DNA of 64,000 nucleotides, from NCBI GenBank assembly GCA_902590365.1, contig CACIWJ010000001.1, positions 501 through 64,500 of the forward strand, in the 5' to 3' direction. This DNA comes from an uncultured Pelagibacteraceae bacterium (GTDB lineage Bacteria; Pseudomonadota; Alphaproteobacteria; Pelagibacterales; Pelagibacteraceae). Under the pieces are notes generated by a model that saw only the letters and a list, made by a program, of their open reading frames with translations, ran no database searches and was not told the origin of the DNA. The stretch's first letter is position 1. Each line of letters opens with the position of its first letter. A program made the position numbers and the translations under genes. Shown here one piece after another: positions 33,197 to 44,326 of the stretch.

Positions 33197-33643
33197 ATGA
33201 AAACTGAAAAAATTGATAAAAAAGAAAATTTAAAAGAAAAAGAAATTAAGTCCGTTAAAAAAAGTTCTTATTCAAAAAAGAAAAAAGTTAAAAAAAATAT
33301 AACAAATGGTATAGCTTATGTTCTTTCTACATTTAACAACACGATAATTTCAATTGCTGATACTGGTGGAAATGTAGTTTCTTGGGCTTCAGCAGGACAA
33401 AAAGGTTTTAAGGGATCAAGAAAGTCAACTCCTTATGCGGCACAAGTAGCAGCTGATTCAGCAGCCGCTAAAGCTTTAGAATATGGAATGAAAACTTTAA
33501 CTGTAGAAATAAAAGGACCAGGCTCAGGCAGAGAAACAGCTTTAAGAGCACTACAAGCTAGAGGTTTTAAAATTTTATCTATTAAAGATACGACACCAAT
33601 GCCACATAATGGAACGAGGCCACCCAAAAAAAGGAGAGTATAA
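33197..33643 (+). CDS. rpsK: 30S ribosomal protein S11
   Basis: [30 protein letters not shown]; Lys-rich N-terminal extension. Confidence 0.99.
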   Translation: MKTEKIDKKENLKEKEIKSVKKSSYSKKKKVKKNITNGIAYVLSTFNNTIISIADTGGNVVSWASAGQKGFKGSRKSTPYAAQVAADSAAAKALEYGMKTLTVEIKGPGSGRETALRALQARGFKILSIKDTTPMPHNGTRPPKKRRV

Positions 33644-34672
33644 ATGGAAAATATAGACGTAAATGTTAAAAATTGGAAATCATTAATTAAACCTCCAAAA
33701 TTAGATATAAAACTAAGTGATGATAAATCTTTTGCAAAAATTATCGCTGAACCCTTGGAAAAAGGATATGGTCTAACACTTGGAAATTCATTAAGAAGAA
33801 TTTTATTATCTTCAATTAGAGGAGCTGCAGTGACATCAATCCAGATTGATGGAGTTTTACATGAATTTACTTCAATTAAAGGAGTAAGAGAAGATGTAAC
33901 TGATATAGTTTTAAATATAAAATCATTGGCTTTAAAAAATTTAGCAGAAGGAAAGAAAAAATTAATTTTAGATGCAAAAGGACCAGGAGAGATAAAAGCA
34001 TCTGACATTACCAGTATTCCTGATATAGAAATATTAAATCCAGATTTAGTAATTTGTAATCTAGATGAAAATACTCATTTTCATATGGAAATGAATGTTG
34101 GGACAGGAAAAGGCTATGTTTCAGCAAATATGAATAAACCTGAAGAACCACCATTAGGATTGATTCCAATAGATTCACTTTTTAGTCCAGTTAAAAAAGT
34201 TTCATATTCAATTAGCACAGCGAGAGAAGGTAAAGCTTTAGATTATGATAAACTTACTATGGAAGTAGAAACTAATGGTTCTATTTCTGCCGAAGATGCA
34301 GTGGCGTATGCAGCGAGAATTTTTCAAGATCAATTGGGAATGTTTGTAAATTTTGACGAACCGCAAGAAGTAGTTATTAGTGAAAAACCAACAGAACCTG
34401 AATTTAATAAAAATTTATTAAGAAAAGTAGATGAACTCGAATTGTCAGTTAGATCGATGAATTGTCTAAAAAATGATAACATAATCTATATTGGTGACTT
34501 GGTTCAGAAATCAGAAGGTGAAATGTTAAGAACACCAAACTTTGGTAGAAAATCATTAAATGAAATTAAGGAAGTTCTTACAGGTATGTCTTTGTATCTG
34601 GGTATGGAAATCCCTAATTGGCCCCCTGATAATATTGCTGAATTATCAAAAAAACTTGAAGAAACAGTTTAA
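33644..34672 (+). CDS. rpoA: RNA polymerase alpha subunit
   Basis: [33 protein letters not shown]. Confidence 0.99.
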   Translation: MENIDVNVKNWKSLIKPPKLDIKLSDDKSFAKIIAEPLEKGYGLTLGNSLRRILLSSIRGAAVTSIQIDGVLHEFTSIKGVREDVTDIVLNIKSLALKNLAEGKKKLILDAKGPGEIKASDITSIPDIEILNPDLVICNLDENTHFHMEMNVGTGKGYVSANMNKPEEPPLGLIPIDSLFSPVKKVSYSISTAREGKALDYDKLTMEVETNGSISAEDAVAYAARIFQDQLGMFVNFDEPQEVVISEKPTEPEFNKNLLRKVDELELSVRSMNCLKNDNIIYIGDLVQKSEGEMLRTPNFGRKSLNEIKEVLTGMSLYLGMEIPNWPPDNIAELSKKLEETV

Positions 34673-35109
34673 TGAGACATAAAATAGGTTATAAAAAACT
34701 AAATAGAACATCAGAGCATAGAAAAGCATTAATTAAGAATATGTTAAATTCATTAATTAAATATGAGCAAATAACAACAACTTTACCAAAAGCAAAAGTT
34801 TTAAAGCCTCAAGCTGACAAAATAATAACTTTAGGTAAAAAAGAAAGCCTCCAAAATACAAAAAAACTTATTACAAAACTTCAAAATACCAAATTAGCCA
34901 GCAAAGTTATTAAGACTTTATCTAAAAGATATGAAAAAAGAAAAGGTGGTTATACAAGAATAATAAAATCAGGTTTTAGATATGGAGATAATGCTCCAAT
35001 GGCAGTTATAGAATTTGTTGACAGAGACGTAGAAGCTAAGAACGTTGATAAAAAAAAAATAGACACTACAAAAAAGCCAAAAGAAGAAAAAAAAGCAGCA
35101 ACAGCTTAA
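34672..35109 (+). CDS. rplQ: 50S ribosomal protein L17
   Basis: MRH, TTLPKAK, GGYTRI, GDNAPMA. Confidence 0.99.
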   Translation: MRHKIGYKKLNRTSEHRKALIKNMLNSLIKYEQITTTLPKAKVLKPQADKIITLGKKESLQNTKKLITKLQNTKLASKVIKTLSKRYEKRKGGYTRIIKSGFRYGDNAPMAVIEFVDRDVEAKNVDKKKIDTTKKPKEEKKAATA

Positions 35110-35133
35110 TTATTAATATTTAAATTTAGTATA

Positions 35134-36048
35134 ATGAAAAAAAGTTATAGCGTTGAAAAAACGTTTAGCGGTATGAGAATCGATCGTTGGATAAGAAATA
35201 TTATCAAACAAATACCTCAAAGTTTAATAGAGAAAAATTTAAGAAAAGGTAAAATTAAACTAAATGGAAAAAAAATTAAAAGTTCATATAAAATTAAAGA
35301 AAATGATCAAATAAATTTTTATAATTTAGAATTTAAAGATTTAAATCTAAACAATAAGTATAAATATATTCCTTCAAATGATGTTATTAAATCTAATGAA
35401 AAATTAATAATTGATAATAATGATAATTTTGTTGTTTTAAATAAGAATTCTGGAGTCTCTGTACAAGGTGGAACAAAATCTAAAAAAAATTTAGTAGATA
35501 TATTTTCAAAGAGCAAAATTTTTAATAATACAAAACCTTTTTCTGTACATAGGCTTGATAAAGATACTTCCGGTGTTTTTATGATAGCAAAAAATAGAGA
35601 AACTGCTCAGTTACTAACTTCCCTTTTTAGATTAAGAAAAGTACACAAAACATATTTAGCTATTTGCCATGGTGAAGTAGAAAAAAATTCAGGTATATGG
35701 GAAAATGAATTAACAAGATTTGAAAATAACAAACCTATAATTGAAAAAGCTAGAACAATTTATAAAGTTTTAGATAAAAATTCTATATGTAGTTTAGTTG
35801 AAATGAAACCCATTACTGGAAGAAAACATCAATTAAGAAAACAACTTTATGCTATTGGAAATCCTATTTATGGAGATAAAAAGTATAAATTAAAAAATTC
35901 TGACAAAGGTATAAATAAAAATTTAATGTTACATTCATATAAAATTAAATTCATGATTAATGAAGTAAAGTATAATTATACTGCATTATTACCAGATTAT
36001 TTTAAAAAACTTTTAGCTATAAAAAGACTTAAACTTTTAAATACTTAA
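35134..36048 (+). CDS. rluC: RluA-family 23S rRNA pseudouridine synthase with S4 domain (RluC-like)
   Basis: RIDRW S4 domain, VQGG, catalytic [17 protein letters not shown]. Confidence 0.85.
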   Translation: MKKSYSVEKTFSGMRIDRWIRNIIKQIPQSLIEKNLRKGKIKLNGKKIKSSYKIKENDQINFYNLEFKDLNLNNKYKYIPSNDVIKSNEKLIIDNNDNFVVLNKNSGVSVQGGTKSKKNLVDIFSKSKIFNNTKPFSVHRLDKDTSGVFMIAKNRETAQLLTSLFRLRKVHKTYLAICHGEVEKNSGIWENELTRFENNKPIIEKARTIYKVLDKNSICSLVEMKPITGRKHQLRKQLYAIGNPIYGDKKYKLKNSDKGINKNLMLHSYKIKFMINEVKYNYTALLPDYFKKLLAIKRLKLLNT

Positions 36049-36649
36049 TAAAATTTTTAATAATTTTTTTATTAATTAAATCATATTCTTGATCTTTAAT
36101 ATTTTTTAAATTTATAACTTCTCTATCAACAATTCCACATGGTATAATTTTTTTATATGATTTTAGTTCATTGTTTATGTTTATGGAAAATCCATGATAG
36201 GCGATCCAATTTTTTACTTTAATTCCAAGTGCAGCAATTTTTTTTATTTTATTTTTATGATTAACCCATATTCCAATATTTTTTCTGTCTGCGAATGATT
36301 TAATTTTATATTCATTTAAAGTTTTAATAATAATTTTTTCTAAATTTAAAATAAATTTTCTTATATCTTTATTTCTTTTATTTAAATCTATAACAAAGTA
36401 GCAGATAGTTTGACCTGGACCATGCCAAGTTATTTTTCCCCCTCTATTTGTTTGTATTATTTTTATTTTTTTATCAAGTATTTCGTAATTTTTATAATTA
36501 GTACCTCCAGTATAAATTTTTGGATGTTCAAGTATCCACACTAATTCACTTGCTTTATGATTTTTTAATTTAAGCAATCTCTTTTCTAGAAACGCTATAG
36601 CTTTAGTATATTCTACAGGCTTTTTTGATATTTTAATCTCAATATTCAT
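36029..36649 (-). CDS. lipB: Octanoyltransferase LipB
   Basis: [40 protein letters not shown]. Confidence 0.95.
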   Translation of the reverse strand: MNIEIKISKKPVEYTKAIAFLEKRLLKLKNHKASELVWILEHPKIYTGGTNYKNYEILDKKIKIIQTNRGGKITWHGPGQTICYFVIDLNKRNKDIRKFILNLEKIIIKTLNEYKIKSFADRKNIGIWVNHKNKIKKIAALGIKVKNWIAYHGFSININNELKSYKKIIPCGIVDREVINLKNIKDQEYDLINKKIIKNFIKYLKV

Positions 36650-36710
36650 CAATTAAATTGTATTATATGAATTATGTATTAATAGTGCTTATAATTTTAA
36701 AATAGAATTT

Positions 36711-38090
36711 ATGACTTTAGTGAAAAAAATCAAAGATAAAAAGGTCAATTTTGAATTTAATAAAGAATATATCAAAGTTGTTACTGATAAAATTGCAAAT
36801 AATGATGCGGTGTTTATTTCTAATTCATTTAAAGAAATGCACCCAGCTGATGCTGCTGATATTATAGAACAATTAAATCAAAGTGATAGAGAAAATTTAA
36901 TAAAATTAAATAATTTTAAAATTGATCCCCAAGTTTTTGTAGAACTTAATGAGTCGATACAAACCGAAATTATTAAGTATTTATCCATAGAATCCATAGT
37001 TTATATATTGAAAAATCTTGAATCGGATGATGCAATTAAAATTCTAGAAAATTTAGATGAAAAAAACAAAAATGAAATTTTAAGATCTTTGCCACCAAAG
37101 GATCGATTTATACTTTTAGAGAGTTTAAGTTATCCTGAAGATTCAGCGGCTAGAATAATGCAGAGAGAATTTACAGCTATACCAAGTAATTGGTCTGTAG
37201 GTCAAACCATAGATTACTTAAGAGAAAATAAAGATTTACCTGAAGAATTTTTAGAAATTTTTATTGTAGATAATGAGTTTAAACCTATTGGAACAGTACC
37301 ATCATCAAAAGTTTTAAGATTCCCAAGAGAAAATAAAATGATTTCTATCATGAATGAGTCTCAATTATCTATACCAGTAGATATGGATAGAGAAGAAGTT
37401 GGTCACATTTTTGAAAATTATAATTTAAATTCTGCTTGTGTTGTAGATAAAAGTAATAAATTGGTTGGCATGATTACTAGTGATGATGTTTTGACAGTAT
37501 TAAAGGAAGAGGCTGAAGAAGACGCATTAAGACTTGCTGGTGTTGGTGATGAGGAAATTACTGATGGAATTTTAAAAAAAACAAAAAGAAGATTTAATTG
37601 GCTTTTATTAAATTTATTCACTGCCTTTCTTGCTACTTGGGTAATTAGTATATTTGGAGCAACAATAGAGCAAATGGTAGCTCTAGCTTTTTTAATGCCG
37701 ATTGTAGCCTCTATGGGTGGTAATGCTGGAATGCAAACTTTAGCTGTAACAGTAAGAACAATAGCAACAAATGAATTAACAAAAAATAACTTTACTCAAA
37801 ATATTTTAAAAGAGTTTTCAATAGGAGTACTAAATGGTGTTATATTTGCAATTATCAGTGCATTCATTGTACAAATATGGTTTAAAGATATTCAGCTTTC
37901 AATAATTATATCAGTTTCAATGGTTCTAAATATGATAGTTGCAGGCTTATTTGGAATATTAGTTCCAATAACATTGAAAAAATTTAGCATCGATCCTGCT
38001 ATTGCATCAAGTGTTTTTGTAACCACAATAACAGATGTTATTGGTTTTTTATCCTTTTTAGGTATTGGTGCTTATTTTTTTTATACATAA
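36711..38090 (+). CDS. mgtE: Magnesium transporter MgtE
   Basis: N domain, CBS pair, MGGNAGMQ and DPAIAS..TTITD TM motifs. Confidence 0.96.
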   Translation: MTLVKKIKDKKVNFEFNKEYIKVVTDKIANNDAVFISNSFKEMHPADAADIIEQLNQSDRENLIKLNNFKIDPQVFVELNESIQTEIIKYLSIESIVYILKNLESDDAIKILENLDEKNKNEILRSLPPKDRFILLESLSYPEDSAARIMQREFTAIPSNWSVGQTIDYLRENKDLPEEFLEIFIVDNEFKPIGTVPSSKVLRFPRENKMISIMNESQLSIPVDMDREEVGHIFENYNLNSACVVDKSNKLVGMITSDDVLTVLKEEAEEDALRLAGVGDEEITDGILKKTKRRFNWLLLNLFTAFLATWVISIFGATIEQMVALAFLMPIVASMGGNAGMQTLAVTVRTIATNELTKNNFTQNILKEFSIGVLNGVIFAIISAFIVQIWFKDIQLSIIISVSMVLNMIVAGLFGILVPITLKKFSIDPAIASSVFVTTITDVIGFLSFLGIGAYFFYT

Positions 38091-38900
38091 TTAGAAATTA
38101 TCTATTAATCTTATATCATTTAAGTAATAAGCAATAAAAATTTTGAAGTTTTTTTTATTAAAATTTTTAGATAAATTAGTTTTATTTCTTATTTCTAAAT
38201 AATCACTTATAATTTTTTTTGATTCAATGTTGCTTTTTACTAAGCTAATATTTAATCGATTGTTAAAATTTTTTTTAATTGATAAATATAATTTATAAAT
38301 ACATTTAGATACAAAAGAAGCTTTGCCAATTTCATTTTTTGAGAGATGAAGGTTTCTTGATGAATAAGGTACCAAATTATTTAATCTAATAGTTTTACAT
38401 TCTATAATTTTAGTCTTAAATTTTTTCTTGATAAATTTTTTAATTAAAATTATTTGTTGATAATCTTTCTCACCTAAAAACATAAATTTAGGTTTTATGT
38501 TTATTAAAAATTGATTAATTACTGCTAAAACACCCTCAAAATGCCCAGGTCTATATTTGGCACATAAAACTTTATCTTTCTTAATTATATTAATTTTCAT
38601 TTTTTTTTTACTTTTATAAATTTCATTAACTTTTGGTAATAATAAGTAATCAACTTTTAGTTTTTTTAAAATTTTTATATCGTTATGTAAATTTTTTGGA
38701 TATTTTTTAAGGTCTTTTTTTTTGTTAAATTGTGATGGATTTATAAAAATACTAACTAATGTTTTTTTACATTTTTTTTTTGATGAATTAATTAAAGAAA
38801 TATGCCCTTTATGCAGTGCTCCCATAGTCGGAACAAAACCAATATTTGCCTTAAAATTAACTTCTTTATTTAATTTATTAATGCTTTTAAAAATTATCAT
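38091..38900 (-). CDS. panC: Pantoate--beta-alanine ligase
   Basis: VPTMGALHKGH, NPSQF, RPGHFEGV, GEKDYQQ, SSRN, RLIDN. Confidence 0.93.
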   Translation of the reverse strand: MIIFKSINKLNKEVNFKANIGFVPTMGALHKGHISLINSSKKKCKKTLVSIFINPSQFNKKKDLKKYPKNLHNDIKILKKLKVDYLLLPKVNEIYKSKKKMKINIIKKDKVLCAKYRPGHFEGVLAVINQFLINIKPKFMFLGEKDYQQIILIKKFIKKKFKTKIIECKTIRLNNLVPYSSRNLHLSKNEIGKASFVSKCIYKLYLSIKKNFNNRLNISLVKSNIESKKIISDYLEIRNKTNLSKNFNKKNFKIFIAYYLNDIRLIDNF

Positions 38901-38931
38901 TTATGGTAATTCAATTAATTAATACATTTTA

Positions 38932-39747
38932 ATGATTAGACAAGCAATAATACCACTAGCAGGATTAGGTACAAGACTATTACCATTAACAAGTGTTTTT
39001 CCAAAAGAACTTTTGCCAATTAATGGTAAACCTGGTCTTGAGTATATTCTAGATGAGTGTATTGAGGCAGGTATTAAAGAAATTATTTTTATAATATCTA
39101 AAAAAAAAGAAATGATAAGAAGATATTTTAATAATGATAAATTTTACAAACAAATTTTAAAAAAGAAAAAAAATAAAAGGATTAAAGTTGAATATAAAAA
39201 AATAGAAAAATATAAAAAAATAATTAAATTTGTATACCAAAATTCTCCAAAAGGTACTGGTGATGCTGTATTAAAAACCAAGAAACATATTAAAGGTAAA
39301 TTTTTTTTAATGTTGTTACCTGATGATCTTATAATTAAACGAAATTGTTCAAAGGATATGATAAATATTTATAACAAAAAAAAATGTTCTGTTATGGCAA
39401 GCATGAAAGTAAACAGAAATACTGTAAATAGATGGGGAATATATTCTAAAAAATCAGAAATAAATAAAAATAACTTTTTAGTAAAAGATGTTGTTGAAAA
39501 ACCAAATATTAAATTTGCACCATCTAATAATGCGGTGATTGGTCGTTACATTCTTACCAGAAAAATATTTACAAAACTTAAAAATCAAAAAAAAGGTAAA
39601 GGTGGAGAAATTCACATAACTGATGCTATAAGAAAATTAATTGCTGATGGTGAAAAATTTATAGGACATTCATTTAAAGGAAAATATTTAGATTGCGGAA
39701 CCATGAGTGGATATATTAAATCTTCACAAGAAATTTCGAAATTATGA
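38932..39747 (+). CDS. galU: UTP--glucose-1-phosphate uridylyltransferase (GalU-like)
   Basis: AGLGTRLLP..PKELLP, LPDD, VEKP, GEIHITDA; coupled to ugd. Confidence 0.82.
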   Translation: MIRQAIIPLAGLGTRLLPLTSVFPKELLPINGKPGLEYILDECIEAGIKEIIFIISKKKEMIRRYFNNDKFYKQILKKKKNKRIKVEYKKIEKYKKIIKFVYQNSPKGTGDAVLKTKKHIKGKFFLMLLPDDLIIKRNCSKDMINIYNKKKCSVMASMKVNRNTVNRWGIYSKKSEINKNNFLVKDVVEKPNIKFAPSNNAVIGRYILTRKIFTKLKNQKKGKGGEIHITDAIRKLIADGEKFIGHSFKGKYLDCGTMSGYIKSSQEISKL

Positions 39748-41042
39748 AACTTTGTATGGTAGGTACAGGATATGTGGGCCTTGTAAGCGGTGTTTGTTTT
39801 GCTGATTTGGGTAATGATGTTATTTGTGTTGATAATGATATTAATAAAATTAATAATTTAAAAAAAGGAATCATACCCATATATGAACCTGGTTTAGAAG
39901 AATTAGTTAAAAAAAATTACAAATCTAAAAGATTATCATTTACATCAAATATTGCTGAGGCGATTAAAAAATCTAATGTTATTTTTATATGTGTCGGTAC
40001 TCCTACAAAAAAAAATAGTAATGCTGCAGATTTGAGCCAAATATACAATGTAGCTAAAGAAATTAGAAAAAATATTAAATCTTTCAAAATTATTATTAAC
40101 AAATCAACTGTTCCAGTTACAACAGGTGATGAAGTTGAAAAAATTATCTCTAAAAAAGTTAATAAAAAATTATTTTCTGTAGTTTCTAATCCTGAATTTT
40201 TAAGGGAAGGAGAAGCAATTAGAGATTTTATATATCCTGATAGAGTTGTTATTGGGACATCTAACAAAAAAACCAATAAAGTTTTAAAATCACTTTACTC
40301 ACCATTGATATCCAAAGGTGCAAAATACATTAATACCTCAAGACGTGGAGCAGAATTAATAAAATATGCATCAAATGCTTTTTTAGCTACAAAAATTTCA
40401 TTTATTAATGAATTAGCCAATTTATGTGAAAAAACAGACATAAATATAGAAGATATTTCAATAGGTATGGGATTAGATAAAAGAATAGGTGGCAGATTTT
40501 TAAGAGCCGGACCAGCTTATGGGGGTTCTTGTTTTCCAAAAGACACAAGAGCTATAGTAGATACAGGAAGTAAATTTAAAACTAATTTATCAATAATTAA
40601 AGCTGTAATCAAATCAAATAAAGATAGATCTAAATTATTATTAGATCGAGTTTCAAAAATATTAAAAAATAAAATAAGAAATAAAAAAATTTGTTTTTTG
40701 GGAGTTACATTTAAAGCCAACACTGATGATATGAGAGAATCTTCTAGTATAAAAATGATACCTTACTTATCAAAAAAAGGTGCAAAAATTACCTATTTTG
40801 ACCCAACAGGATATAAAAAAGAATTTAAGTATTTTAAAAATGTATTTAATGCAACAACCATTAAAGAAGCATGTAAAGATTCTGATTTAATTATAATTCA
40901 TACTGAATGGAATGATTTTAAATCTTTAAATTTTGAAAAATTAAATAACAAAAAAAGTTTTTTTATTTATGATATGAGAAATATTTTACAAGATGAAAAA
41001 ATTAAAAAAAATACTAAAAAATATTTTGGAATTGGTAAATAA
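39744..41042 (+). CDS. ugd: UDP-glucose 6-dehydrogenase
   Basis: GTGYVG, CVGTP, SNPEFLREG, GGSCFPKD, FKANTDDMRES. Confidence 0.95.
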   Translation: MKLCMVGTGYVGLVSGVCFADLGNDVICVDNDINKINNLKKGIIPIYEPGLEELVKKNYKSKRLSFTSNIAEAIKKSNVIFICVGTPTKKNSNAADLSQIYNVAKEIRKNIKSFKIIINKSTVPVTTGDEVEKIISKKVNKKLFSVVSNPEFLREGEAIRDFIYPDRVVIGTSNKKTNKVLKSLYSPLISKGAKYINTSRRGAELIKYASNAFLATKISFINELANLCEKTDINIEDISIGMGLDKRIGGRFLRAGPAYGGSCFPKDTRAIVDTGSKFKTNLSIIKAVIKSNKDRSKLLLDRVSKILKNKIRNKKICFLGVTFKANTDDMRESSSIKMIPYLSKKGAKITYFDPTGYKKEFKYFKNVFNATTIKEACKDSDLIIIHTEWNDFKSLNFEKLNNKKSFFIYDMRNILQDEKIKKNTKKYFGIGK

Positions 41043-41504
41043 TTAATTTAGTTCAAATATAGCGTCAACCTCAACAGCCACACCTAACGGTAAACTATTA
41101 ACACTAACAGCTGCTCTAGTGTGCATTCCTTTATCACCAAATATTTTAACTATCGTGTCAGAAGCACCATTAATGACTTTTGGCTGCTCAGTATAGTTTT
41201 CATTAGAATTTACAAAACCAACAAGTTTAACGCATGATTTAATTTTATTAAGATCATTTTTCAATATTTTATTTGCTTGAGCAACTATGCTCAAAGCGCA
41301 TCTTTGAGCGGCTTTATAGCCATCTTCAGTACTTAAATCATTACCCAATTTACCTTTTATCAAATTTCCTTTTTCATCCATAGATATTTGTCCTGATATA
41401 AAAAGTAAATTACCTGAAATTTTGCTAGCCACATACGAACCAACTGGATCTGGAGCACTTGGTAGTATAATATTATTTTTTTTTATATTTTCTTGATATG
41501 TCAT
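41043..41504 (-). CDS. RidA/YjgF family protein
   Basis: LFISGQ, VINGASD, HTRAAVSVNSLP. Confidence 0.9.
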   Translation of the reverse strand: MTYQENIKKNNIILPSAPDPVGSYVASKISGNLLFISGQISMDEKGNLIKGKLGNDLSTEDGYKAAQRCALSIVAQANKILKNDLNKIKSCVKLVGFVNSNENYTEQPKVINGASDTIVKIFGDKGMHTRAAVSVNSLPLGVAVEVDAIFELN

Positions 41505-41716
41505 TTTTTTGTAAGTTCTTTTATTGATTTACCATCAATTTTAATATCTTCAGTAAAAGAAAATTCTTTAATATTTTTTTTTAAATTATTTGTTTTACAT
41601 TCAAAATATGCTTTAGAAAATTTTTTAAACTCACTGCAGATTTTTTTTTCTTCAGCAGCATTAAGTAAATTTAAACTTGAAAAATATATAAACATTATTA
41701 GAAAAATTTTTTTCAT
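41501..41716 (-). CDS. Small hypothetical exported protein (71 aa, signal peptide, C-x12-C)
   Basis: MKK plus hydrophobic core plus LNA/A cleavage-like site; ATGA overlaps with both topA and the ridA gene. Confidence 0.7.
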   Translation of the reverse strand: MKKIFLIMFIYFSSLNLLNAAEEKKICSEFKKFSKAYFECKTNNLKKNIKEFSFTEDIKIDGKSIKELTKK

Positions 41717-44289
41717 TTTTTTTTATTTTTCTTATTTCTATCGTATTCTTTTCTTTTCTCAATTAATATTAATGCCTCTTCCATTGTTAATTCTACAGGA
41801 TCTTTTTCTTCGGGTATAGTCGCATTTAATGATTTATACTTTATATATGGACCATATTGTCCTTTCATAACTCTTACAGGTTTTTTGTCTTCTGGGTGTT
41901 CACCTAAGTCCTTAATTATTGAAGAAGACATTCTTCCTGGCTTTGCTTCAGCTATTAATGCTATAGCTCTATTTAGACCTATAGAAAAAATTTCCTCAAT
42001 ATTTTCAATTCTCGCAGATTTATTCTCACATTTTAAATATGGACCAAATCGTCCTGTATTTAATGTAATTTCCTTTTGGTTATCAGGATTTATTCCCAAA
42101 GATTTTGGAAGAGAACATAAAAATTGAGCTTTATCTAGATCAATACTTTCTAATTCTAAACCCTTTGGTATGGAAACATTTTTTAAAAGTTCATTCACAT
42201 CTGATTTATTTTTTTTAGTTTTCTTTTTTTTCTTAGCAGGTTTTTCAATATCAAGATCACTTAAAATTTTTTCATATTGTAGATAAGGACCAAATCGTCC
42301 ATTTTTTAAGTATATATCATTTCCATTTTCATGTTTTCCAATAAATTTTGGCTCAGCTAATTGAGCTTGAGCAGCAGCCTTTGACTTAGATAATGGTCGT
42401 GTAAATTTACAATCAGGGTAGTTTGAGCAACCAATAAAAGCACCGCCTCTGAAACTATTCTTTAAACTTAGTGTTCCAGAACTACATAATTGACATTTTC
42501 TAATTATATTTCCTTTATTGTCCTTGTCAAAAACTAAAGCTCCCAAACTATCATTTAATAGATCCAAAACTTCTCTTGTTCTTTTTTCTTTCACTTCAGA
42601 TACATTGTTATTAAAATCCTTCCAAAAAAGTTCTAATACTTTAATCCAACTTTCTTTTCCTGATGTAATTTCATCTAGTTGGTCTTCTAAACCGGCAGTA
42701 AAATTATAATCAACATATTTAGAAAATAATTTTTCTAAAAAAGCTGAAATTAATTTACCTCTATCAGTAGGAAAAAAACGTTTATTTAATATTTCCGCAT
42801 ATCCTCTGTTGGCTATTGTAGAGATAATACTTGCGTAAGTAGACGGTCTTCCAATACCTAATTCCTCTAGTTTTTTTACTAAACTCGCCTCAGAATATCT
42901 TGGTGGAGGTTGTGTAAAATGTTGTTCATCTAATAAAGCCTCAATATTAACAGGTCCCTTGGACATAGCTGGCAAAATACTTTCATCATCATCTTTACTA
43001 GTATTATTATAAATTTTTAAAAAACCATCAAACTTAAGGACAGAACCACTAGCTTTACAAACTGTATCATTATTATCTGATATTATAGTAATAGTATTTC
43101 TATCAAATTTAGCAGACTCCATTTGAGAAGATAAAGCTCTGCTCCAAATTAAGTCATAAAGTTTATTTTGATCTGGACTTAGATATTTTTTAACGCTTTG
43201 AGGAGTTCTAACAATATCTGTAGGTCTTATTGCTTCATGAGCTTCCTGAGCATTTTTGGCTTTCCTTCCAGAATAATTTAAAGCATTTTCAGGTAAATAT
43301 TCATTGCCAATTTCTTTTTTAATATAATTTCTAAAATCTAAAACAGCATCTTTAGATAAATTAGTTCCATCAGTTCTCATATAGGTAATCAAACCTATTG
43401 TTTCACCTTCTATTTCTATACCTTGATAAAGTTTTTGTGCAATTTGCATTGTTCTGGATGCACCGAAACCCAATCTACTTGAAGCTGTTTGCTGAAGAGT
43501 AGATGTAGTAAATGGTCCAGAAGGATTACGATTTACCACTTTACTAGAAATATCAGTAATACTAAATTTTTTTTTGTTAATATTTGATATAGCTTTATTT
43601 ATTTCATCTTTAGTTCTAAATGAAAATTTTTCTACTTTATTATTATCTAGCTGACTGATACTAGCTGTAATATTCTGATTTTTCTCGTCTACAAATTTAA
43701 CACTTAATGTCCAAAATTCTTCTGGTTTAAATGACTCAATATCATGTTCTCTTTCTGTGACTAATTTTAAAGCTACAGATTGAACTCGCCCAGCAGATTT
43801 AGATCCTGGTAATTTTGTCCAAAGTATTGGCGAGATATTAAAACCAACCAAGTAGTCCAAGGCTCTTCTAGCCATATAAGCATCCACTAGCAAAGGTTCA
43901 ATTTGTCTTGGGTTTTCAATACCATGTATTACAGCTTTTTTAGTTATTTCATTAAACACAACTCGTTGAATTTCTTTATCTTTTAAAAGTTTTTTTTCAT
44001 TTAAATATTCTTTTACATGCCAAGCTATAGCTTCACCTTCACGATCAGGGTCGGTAGCAAGTATAATTTTGGAAGAGTCTTTAGCAGCATCAGTAATTTC
44101 TTTAAGATATTTTTTAGAAAAACTATCAACTTCCCATTCCATCTTAAAATCTTGTTCTGGATCAACTGAACCATTTTTAGAAGGAAGATCTCTAATATGT
44201 CCATAACTTGCTAATACTTTATAATTATCTCCTAAATATTTATTAATAGTTTTAGCTTTAGCTGGACTTTCAACAATAACTAGGTTCAT
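41713..44289 (-). CDS. topA: DNA topoisomerase I
   Basis: LVIVESPAKAKTI, ATDPDREGE, SAGRVQS, ITYMRTD, one C4 Zn ribbon, GRFGPY C-terminal repeats. Confidence 0.98.
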   Translation of the reverse strand: MNLVIVESPAKAKTINKYLGDNYKVLASYGHIRDLPSKNGSVDPEQDFKMEWEVDSFSKKYLKEITDAAKDSSKIILATDPDREGEAIAWHVKEYLNEKKLLKDKEIQRVVFNEITKKAVIHGIENPRQIEPLLVDAYMARRALDYLVGFNISPILWTKLPGSKSAGRVQSVALKLVTEREHDIESFKPEEFWTLSVKFVDEKNQNITASISQLDNNKVEKFSFRTKDEINKAISNINKKKFSITDISSKVVNRNPSGPFTTSTLQQTASSRLGFGASRTMQIAQKLYQGIEIEGETIGLITYMRTDGTNLSKDAVLDFRNYIKKEIGNEYLPENALNYSGRKAKNAQEAHEAIRPTDIVRTPQSVKKYLSPDQNKLYDLIWSRALSSQMESAKFDRNTITIISDNNDTVCKASGSVLKFDGFLKIYNNTSKDDDESILPAMSKGPVNIEALLDEQHFTQPPPRYSEASLVKKLEELGIGRPSTYASIISTIANRGYAEILNKRFFPTDRGKLISAFLEKLFSKYVDYNFTAGLEDQLDEITSGKESWIKVLELFWKDFNNNVSEVKEKRTREVLDLLNDSLGALVFDKDNKGNIIRKCQLCSSGTLSLKNSFRGGAFIGCSNYPDCKFTRPLSKSKAAAQAQLAEPKFIGKHENGNDIYLKNGRFGPYLQYEKILSDLDIEKPAKKKKKTKKNKSDVNELLKNVSIPKGLELESIDLDKAQFLCSLPKSLGINPDNQKEITLNTGRFGPYLKCENKSARIENIEEIFSIGLNRAIALIAEAKPGRMSSSIIKDLGEHPEDKKPVRVMKGQYGPYIKYKSLNATIPEEKDPVELTMEEALILIEKRKEYDRNKKNKKK

Positions 44290-44326
44290 AAACTCAGAAC
44301 ATACATAAAACACTTAGATAATCAAA

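Noticed and set aside
6822-34008. Many antisense ORFs of 60-190 aa over tuf, rplA, rplL, rpoB, rpoC, fusA and rpsK/rpoA
   Set aside because: They lie opposite conserved genes, have no motifs, and are explained by codon bias on the sense strand.
36650-36710. Magnesium riboswitch upstream of mgtE
   Set aside because: The gap is about 60 bp, nearly all A/T, and too short for an M-box.
41493-41819. 108-aa plus-strand Phe-rich ORF
   Set aside because: Antisense to Lys-rich minus-strand genes that are coupled by ATGA overlaps.
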